Counted from the stretch's first letter, positions 1 to 9,982 are shown. The stretch: 64,000 nucleotides of DNA from an uncultured Erysipelotrichaceae bacterium (GCA_902789425.1 CADANX010000001.1:16206-80205), one strand, 5' to 3'. A program made the numbers and translations. The notes: generated by a model from the letters alone, not told the origin.

Positions 1-113
1 TTAGAACAAACTTCAACTTCGATTAATTCTTTAGTTGACATAGTTTCAAATGATTCTCCACAAGAACAAACAACTTTAGCTGGTTTATATATATCTAATT
101 TTTCTTTTGACAT
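1..113 (-). CDS. rpmE: 50S ribosomal protein L31, N-terminal part (gene runs off the left edge)
   Basis: Not in the ORF track because it is open-ended. The minus strand from ATG (113-111) reads MSKEKLDIYKPAKVVCSCGESFETMSTKELIEVEVCS, which matches the L31 N-terminus including the Cys pair. GGAGG lies about 7 nt upstream. Confidence 0.85.
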   Translation of the reverse strand, partial: MSKEKLDIYKPAKVVCSCGESFETMSTKELIEVEVCS

Positions 114-172
114 GTTTATTCTCCTTCCGCCATAACTAATTTTTAGTTATAGAATTTATAAAAATCTTTTAT

Positions 173-201
173 ATTATAGCAATTAATAAGATTTTTTGCA
201 A
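173..201 (-). promoter_or_regulatory. sigma-A type promoter for rpmE
   Basis: The minus strand reads TTGCAA (201-196), a 17-nt spacer, then TATAAT (178-173) with a TG-containing extension. An 8-bp hairpin ATAACTAA/TTAGTTAT (about 132-150) sits in the leader. Confidence 0.5.
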
Positions 202-242
202 GATATTTTAAGCATTATTTACTCTATATTGACATATTTAAT

Positions 243-300
243 AAAAAAATGAGAACAATACTAAAATTAACAATAAAACTATTAAAAGTATAATTCTCAT
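243..300 (-). terminator. probable intrinsic terminator after murA
   Basis: Minus-strand arms are ATGAGAATTATAC and GTATTGTTCTCAT (7+4 bp with a 2-nt mismatch). The loop is 26 nt and is followed by a T-run. Confidence 0.45.
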
Positions 301-323
301 TTTCAATATAATCACCTAATTAA

Positions 324-1577
324 TTATATTTCTATTAATTCTACCTTAGCACCCAAATTTTCTAATTTTTCTTTTATATCTTCATAACCTCTTAATATAT
401 AGTCTGCACCATTTATTGTTGTTGTTCCATTTGCAACTAATGCAGCAAGTATTAAACTTGCACCCGCTCTTAAATCTGTTGCACTAACATCACATCCAGT
501 AAGTTCTCTTACACCATATATTTCTGCTTTATTTCCATCCAATTTAACTGATGCTCCCATTTTACTTAATTGATATAAGTTTAAAAACCTATTTTCATAT
601 AAAGTTTCCTCTACTCTTGATGTTCCATCAGCTTGTGTCATTAAAGTAGCCATGATTTGTTGCATATCAGTTGGAAAGCCAGGATATACAGCAGTTACTA
701 CATTAACACTTTTTAATTTTGCTTTATTTGATATAGTAATTTCATCACCATCAATTTCTAAATCAGAACCCATTTCAACAAGTTTTTTAATAACAGTATC
801 TAAATGTTCCGGAATTACATTTTTAACAACAAGATTTTTACAAGCAGCTGCTCCTATCATTAAATAAGTGCCAGCTTCAATTCTATCTGGAATTACTTCA
901 TGTATACAGCTATGTAAATAATCAACTCCTTTAATCTTAATAGTTTTAGTTCCTGCTCCAATTATTTTAGCACCCATATCATTTAAAAATGAAGCAAGAT
1001 CTACTATTTCTGGTTCTTTTGCAGCATTTTCTATAATAGTAATACCTTTAGCTTTAACAGCTGCTAACATTAAGTTTACTGTAGCACCAACACTAGCAAC
1101 ATCTAAAAATATTTTGTTACCAATTAATTCTTTTGCTTTTATTGAATATTTGTTATCTTTTTGAACCACTTTTGCACCTAATGATTCAAACCCTTTTAAA
1201 TGAAGATCAATTGGTCTTGCACCTATAGTACAACCACCTGGAAAGCACATTTCTATTTTTTTATTTCTACCAAGCATTGCACCCATAAAATAGTAAGATG
1301 CTCTTAGTAATTTTGATGCATTATCAGGTATTTGTTTATTTTCTATATTTCTTGAATCTATTGTAATTTCATTAGCTGTTCTTTTTACTTTTGCACCTAA
1401 ATATTTTAAAATTTTTTCTAAGTTATCAATATCTGATATCTTTGGAATATTAGTAATAGTAACTTCCTCATCACAAAGAATAGCTGCTGGTATTAAAGCA
1501 ACAGCACTATTTTTAGCACCACTTATTCTTACTGTGCCAGATAAATTTTTATTTCCTTTTAACTTCAAAATATACAC
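324..1577 (-). CDS. murA: UDP-N-acetylglucosamine 1-carboxyvinyltransferase
   Basis: 417 aa with a full-length MurA-like sequence. It has the catalytic Cys loop FPGGCTIGARPIDLHLKG and sits next to rpmE, as murAB does in Bacillus. Confidence 0.95.
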   Translation of the reverse strand: MYILKLKGNKNLSGTVRISGAKNSAVALIPAAILCDEEVTITNIPKISDIDNLEKILKYLGAKVKRTANEITIDSRNIENKQIPDNASKLLRASYYFMGAMLGRNKKIEMCFPGGCTIGARPIDLHLKGFESLGAKVVQKDNKYSIKAKELIGNKIFLDVASVGATVNLMLAAVKAKGITIIENAAKEPEIVDLASFLNDMGAKIIGAGTKTIKIKGVDYLHSCIHEVIPDRIEAGTYLMIGAAACKNLVVKNVIPEHLDTVIKKLVEMGSDLEIDGDEITISNKAKLKSVNVVTAVYPGFPTDMQQIMATLMTQADGTSRVEETLYENRFLNLYQLSKMGASVKLDGNKAEIYGVRELTGCDVSATDLRAGASLILAALVANGTTTINGADYILRGYEDIKEKLENLGAKVELIEI

Positions 1578-1723
1578 TATAGTTATCTCCTCTTGCTTTA
1601 TAATATGCTTTTTTTAAAATAAATTACATCATTATTTTAGCACATAAAATTAATTAAAAAAAGTAGATATTTTATATTTATGAAAAATTAAAAAAATGAT
1701 ATAATTATAATAGGTGATTTATA

Positions 1724-2689
1724 ATGGCAGGATCAATTACACATACTTATTTTTCAAAAGATATTTATTCAAAATTAGATACAAATACTAAAGCAATTAT
1801 TGAAAATTCTAAGGAAAGTTTTAAAACATTTAATCAAGGATTTGACGTATTATTCTTTGCTGGTAAAAAGTATAAAAAATTAGGAAATTATTTTCATCAA
1901 AATAATACTCAATTATTCTTTTTAAATCTTGTTAATTATATAAGAAAGAATAATTTAAAAGGAAATCCAGAAGTAATGTCATTCTTATATGGACTTATAT
2001 GTCATTACTCTCTTGATTTAAATATACATCCTTATGTTATTTATAAATCTGGTTATTTTGATAGAAGCAAAAAAGAAACTTGGAAATATAAAGGTAACCA
2101 TTCAGAAATGGAAAGTTATATAGATGCTTATTTAATTGAACAAAACGAGAATATAAAAGCATATGAACTAGATCCAGGTAAATTTTGTTTTGATTATGTA
2201 AATTTATCTGATGATATTATTAAAATGATTGATAGCGTATTTTTAAGTACATATAATAAAAAGAATATTGGTAAAAAATATGAAAAAGGAATAAAGAAAA
2301 TGAAATTCTTATATTCTTTACTTAGATACGATAAAAAAGGAAAGAAAAAGAAATTTTATGAATTTTTAGATAATAAATTTCCTAGCAAAAATATGAAATA
2401 TTCACCTATTTCTTATTATATTAATTTAAATAAAAATTATTTTTACTTAAATTTAGAACATAGAAAATGGTGTCATCCAATGGATAAAAAAGAAACATAT
2501 ACTTATTCTTTTGAAGATATATATAAAAATGCTATGAAACAAGCAATAGCACTTATTAATGTAGTTAATGAGGTTATCTATTATAATAAAACTTCTAATT
2601 ACTTAAAAAAATTCTTTAAAAATACATCTATGGTTTCTGGAAAAGAAATTGGAGAAAAGAAAGAATATAAATATTTTGAATTTAAATAA
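1724..2689 (+). CDS. hypothetical protein, possibly zinc-dependent phospholipase C-like fold
   Basis: 321 aa. The N-terminal GSITHTYF and the later CHYSLDLNIHPYV His/Asp pattern resemble the Zn_dep_PLPC family. This is recalled, not searched. Confidence 0.4.
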   Translation: MAGSITHTYFSKDIYSKLDTNTKAIIENSKESFKTFNQGFDVLFFAGKKYKKLGNYFHQNNTQLFFLNLVNYIRKNNLKGNPEVMSFLYGLICHYSLDLNIHPYVIYKSGYFDRSKKETWKYKGNHSEMESYIDAYLIEQNENIKAYELDPGKFCFDYVNLSDDIIKMIDSVFLSTYNKKNIGKKYEKGIKKMKFLYSLLRYDKKGKKKKFYEFLDNKFPSKNMKYSPISYYINLNKNYFYLNLEHRKWCHPMDKKETYTYSFEDIYKNAMKQAIALINVVNEVIYYNKTSNYLKKFFKNTSMVSGKEIGEKKEYKYFEFK

Positions 2690-2720
2690 AAAAAAACATA
2701 GATTTTAATCTATGTTTTAA
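2690..2720. terminator. bidirectional terminator between convergent genes
   Basis: 9-bp stem AACATAGAT (2695-2703) / ATCTATGTT (2708-2716) with a 4-nt loop. An A-run lies on one side and a T-run on the other. Confidence 0.7.
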
Positions 2721-3823
2721 TTTAACCCTTTTGACATATCATTAGTATGATAAATATCATATATTATAGCATCTTCATCACATGTGTCATAGAAATAAAC
2801 AGGCATTGTTGAAATAATGTTATAATAAGCTTCTTCTAATGATAATTTGTCTTCATTACTTAAATTAATAAGTTCTTTTATTTTTTCTTCATCAAGTCCA
2901 GTATATATTGAAGCTTGAGCAATTGCATCTTCTCCAACTAAACCTTCTTTATTTAATGCATTGAAATATTCAATAGCTTGATAGTTAGTAATTATAATTC
3001 TTTCACCAGCATCTGCATAGTTAATTTTAATAGCTTGTTTTTGACCATTACCGATATCTAATTTATCATTATATATCCATCCACCTGGTGTTCTAGTTTC
3101 AGGGTTAGCTGCCATTCCAAGATTTAATAAACCACGATTAGCTGAATCAAGAACTAATACTTTACCAATTTTATCAGTATCTTTAACACCTGATTTGTCA
3201 CCAGGAATTACATCATGATATCTATCAACTATTCTAGAATTGATTGCATTAATATCTTGATCTAATGAATTATTTCTTACTGATGAAGCTATTTCATCTC
3301 TTATGTCTTCGATTTCTTCAAGTGAAGCTTTTGTAGAATCATCACCAGATATTAATTTAGATACTCTTGGTAATTCTTCGATTGTAGTATGTTCTACATC
3401 ATCATAATTAAGACCATTAATACTAATTAAATCTTGTGTATTCATTTCTTCAAGTAAATCAAATGGACTATAAATGTCATCTAATGCACTTAAAGCTTCT
3501 TTATATTCTTCATAAGACATTACTGATTTTAAATCATCTACATTTGAATCTAATAATAATTTAATATTTCTAACTGTATCAACAGTATAGTTTTTATCTT
3601 CTAATCCTTGGAAGAAACCTAAGTATTCATCATAAAAACCTTGTACATCATTTTCTATTTGTGTATTAGATTCTTCAACTTCAGTTGCAGTTGTAGTTTC
3701 AACAGCTACAGTTTCATCTTTAATTTCTTTATCATTTTTACAAGCTGATAAAGATAAAGCTGACATTAAACTAAGTGCAACAAATAAAGTTCTTTTAAAT
3801 TTTCTTTGTTTTAGATTTTTCAT
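2717..3823 (-). CDS. lipoprotein of unknown function
   Basis: I prefer the start MKNLKQRKF (3823), which is preceded by GGGGGA. The signal peptide ends in the lipobox LSLSAC. No family was recognised. Confidence 0.7.
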   Translation of the reverse strand: MKNLKQRKFKRTLFVALSLMSALSLSACKNDKEIKDETVAVETTTATEVEESNTQIENDVQGFYDEYLGFFQGLEDKNYTVDTVRNIKLLLDSNVDDLKSVMSYEEYKEALSALDDIYSPFDLLEEMNTQDLISINGLNYDDVEHTTIEELPRVSKLISGDDSTKASLEEIEDIRDEIASSVRNNSLDQDINAINSRIVDRYHDVIPGDKSGVKDTDKIGKVLVLDSANRGLLNLGMAANPETRTPGGWIYNDKLDIGNGQKQAIKINYADAGERIIITNYQAIEYFNALNKEGLVGEDAIAQASIYTGLDEEKIKELINLSNEDKLSLEEAYYNIISTMPVYFYDTCDEDAIIYDIYHTNDMSKGLN

Positions 3824-3841
3824 ATCAATTTCCCCCTTCAA

Positions 3842-4978
3842 TTACATTAATTTTAAAGTTTTAACTTTTACATTATTATAACTAATATCTATATCTTCAT
3901 AGAAATACTCTTCCATGTTATCTTCTTTACCATCTTCTTCGATTGGCATATCATTTGTTGGTTTTTTTCTATTATCTATAGTTTCTTCAGTATTACCTGG
4001 ATATGTTTTATCTTTTAATTTTCTTTCATCTTCAGGAGTAGCTGGTGTTGGTTTATTTTCTTCAGTTGTAATTTGTTCAGTTTTAGGAGCTTCAGTTGTC
4101 TCCTTAATTACTCTTGTAGATGTTTCAGTAGTACTTCTGTCTATATTAACTCTCTTTGTAGATTCTTCAGTAGTTTTTTCTTTTTTAGATTCAGTTGTAC
4201 TATTTGATTTTGTACTATCAGATGTAGTACTTGTAGTATTTTTTGAAGTATTTGTATTAGTATTTTTAGATTCGTTTGATTTTTTATTAGAATTATTAGA
4301 TTTTTTTGATGAATTATTATCATTATTATTATTATTGTTATTGTTACTATTATTGTTGTTATTAATTACAGTATTATCATTATTATTATCATCTATAATA
4401 GTTTTACTTGATTCAGTGTTATCAATGATACTATTTTCTCTTTCAGTTGTCATATCATCAGCATTTAAATCTTTAGATTCATCTTCAGTTCTATATTCAG
4501 TAGTTATAACTTCAGTTGTTGTAGAATCTAAACCTGTAATACCTTTATGTTTATGACCATCTTTAACTATTGAATGAAGTACAACTCCACCAACAACTAT
4601 AAGAGCAAGTCCTCCAACTACTACAGCTGGTTTAAATTTTTTGAATTTTAATTTATTGATTTCTCCTCTAGTTAAAATTCTGTCTTCATTAACAATAACA
4701 TTAGCAAATTCATCAATTTTATCTTCTTTTTCTTCATATTTTTCTAAATCAATTCTTTTTGCATCAGCATTTAAGTATTCATCTAAAGAATCTGCTTTCT
4801 TTAATTCAGCTTTTATATCATCTTCATCTATTTCAGCCATAACATCTTTATTTTCAATTAATTCGTTATAAACTTGGAAGAATTCATCCTTTAAAGCTGC
4901 TTTATCTTCAGAATCAGCAGTTAAATATTCTTTTCTTATTTGTTCTAATCTTTTTATTACTTCATCATATCTTTTCAT
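3842..4978 (-). CDS. single-pass membrane protein with an extracellular Asn/Ser/Thr/Lys-rich low-complexity region
   Basis: I prefer the start MKRYDEV (4978), preceded by AAGGGGGA. There is one TM segment, AVVVGGLALIVVGGVVLHSIV, followed by about 200 aa of low complexity including NNNNNSNNNNNNNNDNN. The track start at 5119 has no RBS. Confidence 0.7.
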   Translation of the reverse strand: MKRYDEVIKRLEQIRKEYLTADSEDKAALKDEFFQVYNELIENKDVMAEIDEDDIKAELKKADSLDEYLNADAKRIDLEKYEEKEDKIDEFANVIVNEDRILTRGEINKLKFKKFKPAVVVGGLALIVVGGVVLHSIVKDGHKHKGITGLDSTTTEVITTEYRTEDESKDLNADDMTTERENSIIDNTESSKTIIDDNNNDNTVINNNNNSNNNNNNNNDNNSSKKSNNSNKKSNESKNTNTNTSKNTTSTTSDSTKSNSTTESKKEKTTEESTKRVNIDRSTTETSTRVIKETTEAPKTEQITTEENKPTPATPEDERKLKDKTYPGNTEETIDNRKKPTNDMPIEEDGKEDNMEEYFYEDIDISYNNVKVKTLKLM

Positions 4979-5009
4979 AGTATATCCCCCTTTTCGAAAT
5001 ACGCGCATT

Positions 5010-5038
5010 ATTCTACCATAAAGCCCCTTTTTTGTCAA
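5010..5038 (-). promoter_or_regulatory. sigma-A type promoter for the membrane-protein/lipoprotein operon
   Basis: The minus strand reads TTGACA (5038-5033), a 17-nt spacer, then TAGAAT (5015-5010). Confidence 0.55.
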
Positions 5039-5099
5039 ATAATAGAAAGCGCCTTTCAAAACAGTGAATATGTTATCATAGTACCCTAAAATTGTCAAA

Positions 5100-5627
5100 T
5101 TATTTGAGGTATCTATCAATAAGTTCTTTTATAGCAAATTTGTACTCTATATCACTTGTTTTAGTATCTTCATTCTCAATTAAACAAAGCGGTGGAAATA
5201 ATACACACCAAAAGTTATTACCATCTCCTTTACCAAGAGTAATAACAAGAGATTCATATGTACCACTTTTATATCTTATTCCCTTATATTTTTTACTAGG
5301 AAAATAGTTTTTACCATATTTTATAGTATATTTTTGATTATAATTAAGCTCTTTTAACTTATTATTTACTATTTGATCAATGTTTTTCATGTTATTTTTA
5401 ATTATATTACGGCTTTCATCTATTGTTTTACTATCATTTAATAGACTAAGTAATTTGTTTTCTACTTCATTTCTAATAATAATTTTAACATTTTGATCAT
5501 CAATACTATTAGAATTTGCAATAATTCTAAATCTAATTGCTTCATCTGGTATTATGTTTTCCTGTTTATAACTATTTATATATAATGTAATACTTATAAT
5601 TAATGCTATTAATAGCATTTTTTTCAT
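5100..5627 (-). CDS. spoIIR: stage II sporulation protein R
   Basis: 175 aa with a signal/TM N-terminus and the motif EAIRFRIIANSNSIDDQNVK typical of SpoIIR. It sits next to prmC-prfA as in Bacillus. Confidence 0.85.
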   Translation of the reverse strand: MKKMLLIALIISITLYINSYKQENIIPDEAIRFRIIANSNSIDDQNVKIIIRNEVENKLLSLLNDSKTIDESRNIIKNNMKNIDQIVNNKLKELNYNQKYTIKYGKNYFPSKKYKGIRYKSGTYESLVITLGKGDGNNFWCVLFPPLCLIENEDTKTSDIEYKFAIKELIDRYLK

Positions 5628-5631
5628 AAAA

Positions 5632-5664
5632 AAATCATCCTTTCATATTCTTTATGGATGATTT
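5632..5664 (-). terminator. hairpin/terminator between prmC and spoIIR that contains the spoIIR RBS
   Basis: The minus strand reads AAATCATCC, a 15-nt loop, GGATGATTT, then a T-run leading directly into the spoIIR ATG (5627). Confidence 0.6.
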
Positions 5665-5672
5665 ATTGTTTT

Positions 5673-6386
5673 TTATTCAAAATTTTGTATAAAAACCATT
5701 CTATCTCTTTGTTGCATATCCTTTTTAACAATGATTTTTATGTTTTTTAAGTATTTATTCGCCAAATTAGATATCTCTTTTGCTTGTGATTCACCTATTT
5801 CAAAAGCTATTAAGTATTTATTATTAAGTATTTTACTAATGTTTTTAAGGATTTCTTCATAATAATATAGGCCATTATTATCAGCATATAAAGCTAAATG
5901 TGGCTCATTATTATATACAATATCCATTATTTCCTCATCTTTTGCAATATATGGTGGATTACTTATTACAATATCAAATTTTTTATTTATATTATCAAAT
6001 AAATTAGTATTTATAAAATCTACTTTAACACCATTATTACTAGCATTTTCTTTTGCCACCTTTATGGCTTCTTTAGAAATATCTGTTGCAATTACATTTG
6101 AATTAGTATTTTTAGAAAGTGTAATTGCTATTGCACCTGAACCTGTTCCAATATCTAATATATCTACCTTTTTATCAAAATATTTATTAATATAATTTAT
6201 TGTATTACTTACTAATTCTTCTGTTTCAAATCTAGGAATTAAAACATTTTTATTAACAATTAAATTAACATTATAAAAATCAACATTTCCAACTATGTAC
6301 TGAACTGGTTCACCTTTTTCAAGTCTTTTTATAGCATCATCTATATTACCTTTATAGTATTTCTTTAAATAATCAATATTATTCAT
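5673..6386 (-). CDS. prmC: release-factor glutamine N5-methyltransferase
   Basis: 237 aa with the SAM motif DIGTGSGAIA and the NPPY motif (ISNPPYI). Its ATG overlaps the prfA stop (TAATG). Confidence 0.9.
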   Translation of the reverse strand: MNNIDYLKKYYKGNIDDAIKRLEKGEPVQYIVGNVDFYNVNLIVNKNVLIPRFETEELVSNTINYINKYFDKKVDILDIGTGSGAIAITLSKNTNSNVIATDISKEAIKVAKENASNNGVKVDFINTNLFDNINKKFDIVISNPPYIAKDEEIMDIVYNNEPHLALYADNNGLYYYEEILKNISKILNNKYLIAFEIGESQAKEISNLANKYLKNIKIIVKKDMQQRDRMVFIQNFE

Positions 6387-7444
6387 TATTCTCCTGCTAA
6401 TTTTCTTCTTTGATCTTCATTAATTAAAGCTTCAACTATCTCTTCTAATTTACCTTCCATTATTCTATCTAAATGCATTAATGTTAAATTAATTCTATGG
6501 TCAGTAACTCTATTTTGTGGATAATTATAAGTTCTAATTTTTTCAGATCTATCACCAGTACCTATTTTACTTCTTCTTTCATCTCTAGCTTCAAGTTCTT
6601 GCATTCTTTGCATATCTTCATATATCTTACTTTTTAAAACTTGCATAGCTCTTTCTTTATTTTTAAGTTGGCTTCTTTCATTTTGACAAGTAACAACTGT
6701 ATTAGTTGGTAAATATGTAATTCTAACAGCACTATCTGTAGTATTAACTCCTTGTCCACCAGCTCCACTACTACGATAAACATCGATTCTTAAATCAGTA
6801 TCTTTTATTTCAATATCAATATCATCATCTACTTCAGGAAGCACTGCTACTGTCGCAGTAGACGTGTGAACTCTTCCTTGAGATTCAGTTGCTGGAACTC
6901 TTTGTACCCTATGAGTTCCTGATTCATATTTTAACTTAGAATATACTTTTTCACCTTTAATCATAAATTCTATTTGTGCAAAACCACCTGCTGTTCCTGG
7001 TACTTCATTAAGTACTTCAATTTTCCAACCTTGGCTTTCCGCATATCTACAATACATATCAAATAAGTCACCGGCAAAAATGTTAGCTTCATCTCCACCA
7101 GCAGCTCCTCTTATTTCAACAATAATATTCTTATCATCATTTGGATCTTTTGGTAATAAAAGTATTTCTAATTCTTTAATTAATTCTTCTTTTTGTATAG
7201 TTAATGAATTTATTTCTTCTTTAGCAAACTCTTCCATTTCTGGATCACTTAACATCTCACTAGCAGATGCTAAATCTTCTTCTATTTGCTTATATTTTTT
7301 ATATTTTTCAATAGTTTCTTCTAATGATGATTGTTCTTTTGATAATTTAGTCATTAAAGTAACATCACTTAGAACTTCATTTTTAGATAATTCATTAGTT
7401 AAATAATTATATCTTTCTAATATAGTATCTAATCTTTCTATCAT
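6386..7444 (-). CDS. prfA: peptide chain release factor 1
   Basis: 352 aa with the GGQ motif (SGAGGQGVNTTDSAVRITYLPT). The overall sequence is RF1-like. Confidence 0.96.
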   Translation of the reverse strand: MIERLDTILERYNYLTNELSKNEVLSDVTLMTKLSKEQSSLEETIEKYKKYKQIEEDLASASEMLSDPEMEEFAKEEINSLTIQKEELIKELEILLLPKDPNDDKNIIVEIRGAAGGDEANIFAGDLFDMYCRYAESQGWKIEVLNEVPGTAGGFAQIEFMIKGEKVYSKLKYESGTHRVQRVPATESQGRVHTSTATVAVLPEVDDDIDIEIKDTDLRIDVYRSSGAGGQGVNTTDSAVRITYLPTNTVVTCQNERSQLKNKERAMQVLKSKIYEDMQRMQELEARDERRSKIGTGDRSEKIRTYNYPQNRVTDHRINLTLMHLDRIMEGKLEEIVEALINEDQRRKLAGE

Positions 7445-7446
7445 TA

Positions 7447-7899
7447 CTATTCCTCGTCTATTTCTTCTTCATCAACTATTGTAAGATCTTCCATTCCATC
7501 ATCTTCATTTATATCATCATCTAAGGCATCTTCGCTATAATCATCTTCATCTAAAACATCTTCTGTTTCTTCATCAGATTCTTCTTCATCATCTTCATTT
7601 TCTTCAATTTCTTCTTCATCATCTTCACCATCATCAATTACTACATCAACAACATGGTTTTCTTTTAATTCCCAATTTGTACTATCAATTAAAATAAATC
7701 TTTGATCAGTTGATAGTGCTGTAAAGAAATCACCTATTTTAGCTTCGAATTCTTCTTCACTAAGATTTAATAAATTACAAACTTCTTTAAATAAACTTGG
7801 TGTATTATATCCTTTTTTATCTTCTTTTATTATTTCATATGCTAAATCTGTGTAACTTAATTGTTCTAGTTCACTAATATCTTTCTTTCTTATACTCAT
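7447..7899 (-). CDS. rpoE: RNA polymerase delta subunit
   Basis: 150 aa with an N-terminal HARE-HTH-like domain (LSYTDLAYEIIKE) and a long Asp/Glu tail. Confidence 0.85.
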   Translation of the reverse strand: MSIRKKDISELEQLSYTDLAYEIIKEDKKGYNTPSLFKEVCNLLNLSEEEFEAKIGDFFTALSTDQRFILIDSTNWELKENHVVDVVIDDGEDDEEEIEENEDDEEESDEETEDVLDEDDYSEDALDDDINEDDGMEDLTIVDEEEIDEE

Positions 7900-7914
7900 A
7901 ATAAAATCCTCTCC

Positions 7915-9615
7915 TTACATTTTATTTGGCATTTCAATACCTAGTAATTTTGAACCTTCTTTTAATATATTTCCAACAATATTTATTAAATATAAGTATG
8001 AATTTCTTTCATCCATATCATCAGATAATATTTTGTTATTTGCATAAAATACACTATATGTATTTGCAAGTTTTATTAAATATCTTGATAAAATATATGG
8101 TTCATTCTTAGAAGCTGCCTCTTCAATAACATTTTTATAATTATATATAAGTTTGATAAGTCTATATGACAAATCATTTGATAATTTATCATAATTAACA
8201 TCTTTTAGCAATACTTTTCCATCTACTTTGTGTAAAATACTGTTAATTCTTACATACATATATTGAATATATGGACAAGTTTCTCCTTGGAAATTAAGCA
8301 TTTCATCTAAATCAAATACTTCATCCTTAATTCTTGAATTATATAAATCTCCAAATACTACTGAACCTATTCCTACTTTTTTAGCAGTTTCATCAATATC
8401 TTCAATATCTGGATTCTTTTCTAATATAATACTTTTTGCTTTTTCTATTGCTTCATTTAAAATATCTTCAACTTTTACAAAATTTCCTTTTCTAGTGGAC
8501 ATTTTACCTTCTTTTAATCTATACATACCATAAGATATATGTTCAAGACCAGCGATATATTTTTTATCTAAGTCCAAATATGAAGCTACAGCAAATACTT
8601 GCTTAAAATGTAAATCTTGTTCATAACCAGTAACATATAAACATTTATCAAAATCATATTTATTTGCTCTATATTTAATTGCGGCTAAATCTCGAGTAGC
8701 ATAAATACTAGATCCATTTGATTTTTGAATGATACAAGGCGTATTAATATTTTTATCTGATAAATCAACTATCTTAGCTCCTTCACTTACTGTAACTTTA
8801 TTATTCTTTTCTAAAGTACTAATTATATCATTCATATCTTTTACATAAGATGCTTCTCCTTTTATTTCATCAAATTTAATATTTAACATATCATATGTTC
8901 TATTAAATTCTTCCATACTATATTTACTAAACTTTTTCCATAGATTAACACAATATTCATCATCTTGTTCAAGTAATTTAAAATTATTTCTGCATCTTTC
9001 TAGAACTTCTTCATCTTCATCACATAAAGCATTTATTCTTACATACATTTTAACAAGTTCATCTATTGGATTTTTTTCAATATCGTATTCATTACCCCAT
9101 AATTTATATCCTTCGATTAATTTACCAAATTGAGTACCATAATCACCTAAATGATTTATACCAATAGTATTATAACCTAAAAACTTATAAATATTATAAA
9201 GAGCATGTCCAATAACTGTTGTTCTTAAATGACCAATATGAAATGGTTTTGCTATATTTGGTGATGAATATTCTATTAATACAGTTTCAGGCTTTTTAGA
9301 ACCTTTTCCATATTCTTCTTTTGTTTTATCAAATTCTTCAAAAACAATTTTTGTTAAATATTTTTTATTAATAAAGAAGTTTAAGTATCCATTAACTGAT
9401 TCTACTTTTTCAAATATATCATTATTACCTATTTTTTCTTTTAAATCATCAGCAATATCTTTTGGAGATTTTTTTAATTCTTTAGATAACATAAAACATG
9501 GAAATGTATAATCTCCATTTACTTCATCTTTAATCTCAGTAATATTTTCATATAAATTATTAATATCTACATATTTTTTTAATACTAATTCTATTTCTTT
9601 TTTTACATCTACCAT
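7915..9615 (-). CDS. argS: arginine--tRNA ligase
   Basis: 566 aa with the HIGH motif (PFHIGHLRTT), KMSTRKG, and an anticodon-binding C-terminus ending in M. Confidence 0.95.
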   Translation of the reverse strand: MVDVKKEIELVLKKYVDINNLYENITEIKDEVNGDYTFPCFMLSKELKKSPKDIADDLKEKIGNNDIFEKVESVNGYLNFFINKKYLTKIVFEEFDKTKEEYGKGSKKPETVLIEYSSPNIAKPFHIGHLRTTVIGHALYNIYKFLGYNTIGINHLGDYGTQFGKLIEGYKLWGNEYDIEKNPIDELVKMYVRINALCDEDEEVLERCRNNFKLLEQDDEYCVNLWKKFSKYSMEEFNRTYDMLNIKFDEIKGEASYVKDMNDIISTLEKNNKVTVSEGAKIVDLSDKNINTPCIIQKSNGSSIYATRDLAAIKYRANKYDFDKCLYVTGYEQDLHFKQVFAVASYLDLDKKYIAGLEHISYGMYRLKEGKMSTRKGNFVKVEDILNEAIEKAKSIILEKNPDIEDIDETAKKVGIGSVVFGDLYNSRIKDEVFDLDEMLNFQGETCPYIQYMYVRINSILHKVDGKVLLKDVNYDKLSNDLSYRLIKLIYNYKNVIEEAASKNEPYILSRYLIKLANTYSVFYANNKILSDDMDERNSYLYLINIVGNILKEGSKLLGIEMPNKM

Positions 9616-9616
9616 T

Positions 9617-9982
9617 TTACTTCTCCTTATATTCTATTTTTATTTCAAAATCACCGATTAATTCATCATCTAACCACATTTTATATTTAACATGGTATTT
9701 ATCATTTTTATCTATTAGATGAGTTTTTGTTTTTAAATCAAATATACTATCTAGTTCCTTAATATAATATGAACCATTTTCATTTTTTTTGTCATTAAAT
9801 TTAAGTATCATCATTGAATCATTATTTTCTTTTCTAATTATGTCTTCTTTAAGATCAATTAAAAATGAATCATTATCTATTTTAAAAGTTAACATATTAT
9901 TATCTTTATTGTATTTAATCTTATCTTTATTAATTTCATTATCAACATTTTTAAAATAATAATTAAGGTACAATAGAATCAC
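9617..9982 (-). CDS. DUF1934-like small beta-barrel protein (YwiB-like)
   Basis: 121 aa, located immediately upstream of argS as ywiB is in Bacillus. Size and composition fit. Confidence 0.55.
   Translation of the reverse strand: MILLYLNYYFKNVDNEINKDKIKYNKDNNMLTFKIDNDSFLIDLKEDIIRKENNDSMMILKFNDKKNENGSYYIKELDSIFDLKTKTHLIDKNDKYHVKYKMWLDDELIGDFEIKIEYKEK

Noticed and set aside
4311-4367. The ATT/GTT triplet tract considered as a phase-variation microsatellite.
   Set aside because: The longest pure run is only about five ATT units and every change would be in frame. At most this gives length polymorphism, not an on/off switch.
3915-4556. 213-aa plus-strand ORF (Leu/Ser/Val-rich) in the ORF track.
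   Set aside because: It is the antisense shadow of the low-complexity Asn/Ser/Thr-rich minus-strand gene. It has no RBS and a composition typical of reverse-frame artefacts.
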